DNA of 63,937 nucleotides, counting the filler, from Myxococcota bacterium (GTDB lineage: Bacteria; Myxococcota_C; UBA6777): assembly GCA_023150835.1 (NCBI GenBank). It is 7 parts of 7 records of this genome, joined end to end, with 100 filler letters (N's around TTAATTAATTAA, not from the genome) between each part and the next. Parts side by side here need not be neighbours in the genome. Positions count along the whole stretch, not along the records: positions 56,506 to 63,937 come from JAKLKB010000196.1; 6 more parts are not named here. The stretch is one strand, 5' to 3'. The number at the start of each line of letters is the position of its first letter. Within the stretch, counting starts at the first letter, position 1. Positions 63,654 through 63,937 of the stretch are shown here, one piece after another. Under the pieces are notes generated by a model that did no database searches, was not told the origin of the DNA, and worked only from the letters and a program-made list of their open reading frames with translations. Position numbers and translations under genes: made by a program.

Positions 63654-63937
63654 GTAAACGCCCGATGGTCGGGCAGCCACAGGGGGCTGCCCCTACATGG
63701 CCCGATCACATAACGGGCGGATCTCGGATTAGTTTGTGTAAACGCCCGATGGTCGGGCAGCCACAGGGGGCTGCCCCTACATGGTTCGACCACATAACGG
63801 ACGGATCTCGGATTAGTTTGTGTAAACGCCTGATGGTCGGGCAGCCACAGGGGGCTGCCCCTACATGGTTCGACCACATAACGGGCGGATCTCGGATTAG
63901 TTTGTGTAAACGCCCGATGGTCGGGCAGCCACAGGGG
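63654..63937. repeat. 84-bp tandem array of family C REP units (3.4 copies, runs off window)
   Basis: GTAAACGCC.GATGGTCGGGCAGCCACAGGGG(GCTGCCCCTAC)... starting at 63654, 63738, 63822 and 63906. Confidence 0.92.

Noticed and set aside
1-63937. tRNA, rRNA, intact transposase or prophage genes; exact self-targeting by CRISPR spacers
   Set aside because: None recognised by inspection; a tRNAscan, HMM or BLAST run would be needed to exclude them formally.

Overview
The window is seven separate contigs joined by artificial 100-bp spacers (44 N + TTAATTAATTAA + 44 N) at 8738-8837, 17559-17658, 26338-26437, 34962-35061, 48318-48417 and 56406-56505, so adjacency across a spacer carries no information. 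The DNA is GC-rich and bacterial, probably Myxococcota-like (inferred from a MYXO-CTERM-type tail and about ten Cys-rich exported proteins). It carries housekeeping genes (greA, thrS, pssA, a class A PBP, an RsmB/RsmF-family methyltransferase) and signalling genes (PP2C-cNMP phosphatase, degenerate GAF-GGDEF). There is a type I-C CRISPR-Cas locus (cas5-cas8c/cas11-cas7-cas4-cas1-cas2, 37-bp repeat, 13 spacers, truncated; cas3 not on the contig). Other notable signals: the 5' half of an IscB-type omegaRNA/HEARO RNA at a contig edge; an FGE/CLec-fold gene whose 3' end looks like a DGR variable region; two isolated repeat-spacer-repeat units of near-CRISPR dimensions, one inside the cas operon; four families of small palindromic intergenic elements, one with a core found in both orientations between TTAA-like sites; and palindromic and 9-bp tandem arrays sharing a TCCG core. 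All product calls come from motif recognition by eye; no database search was run.
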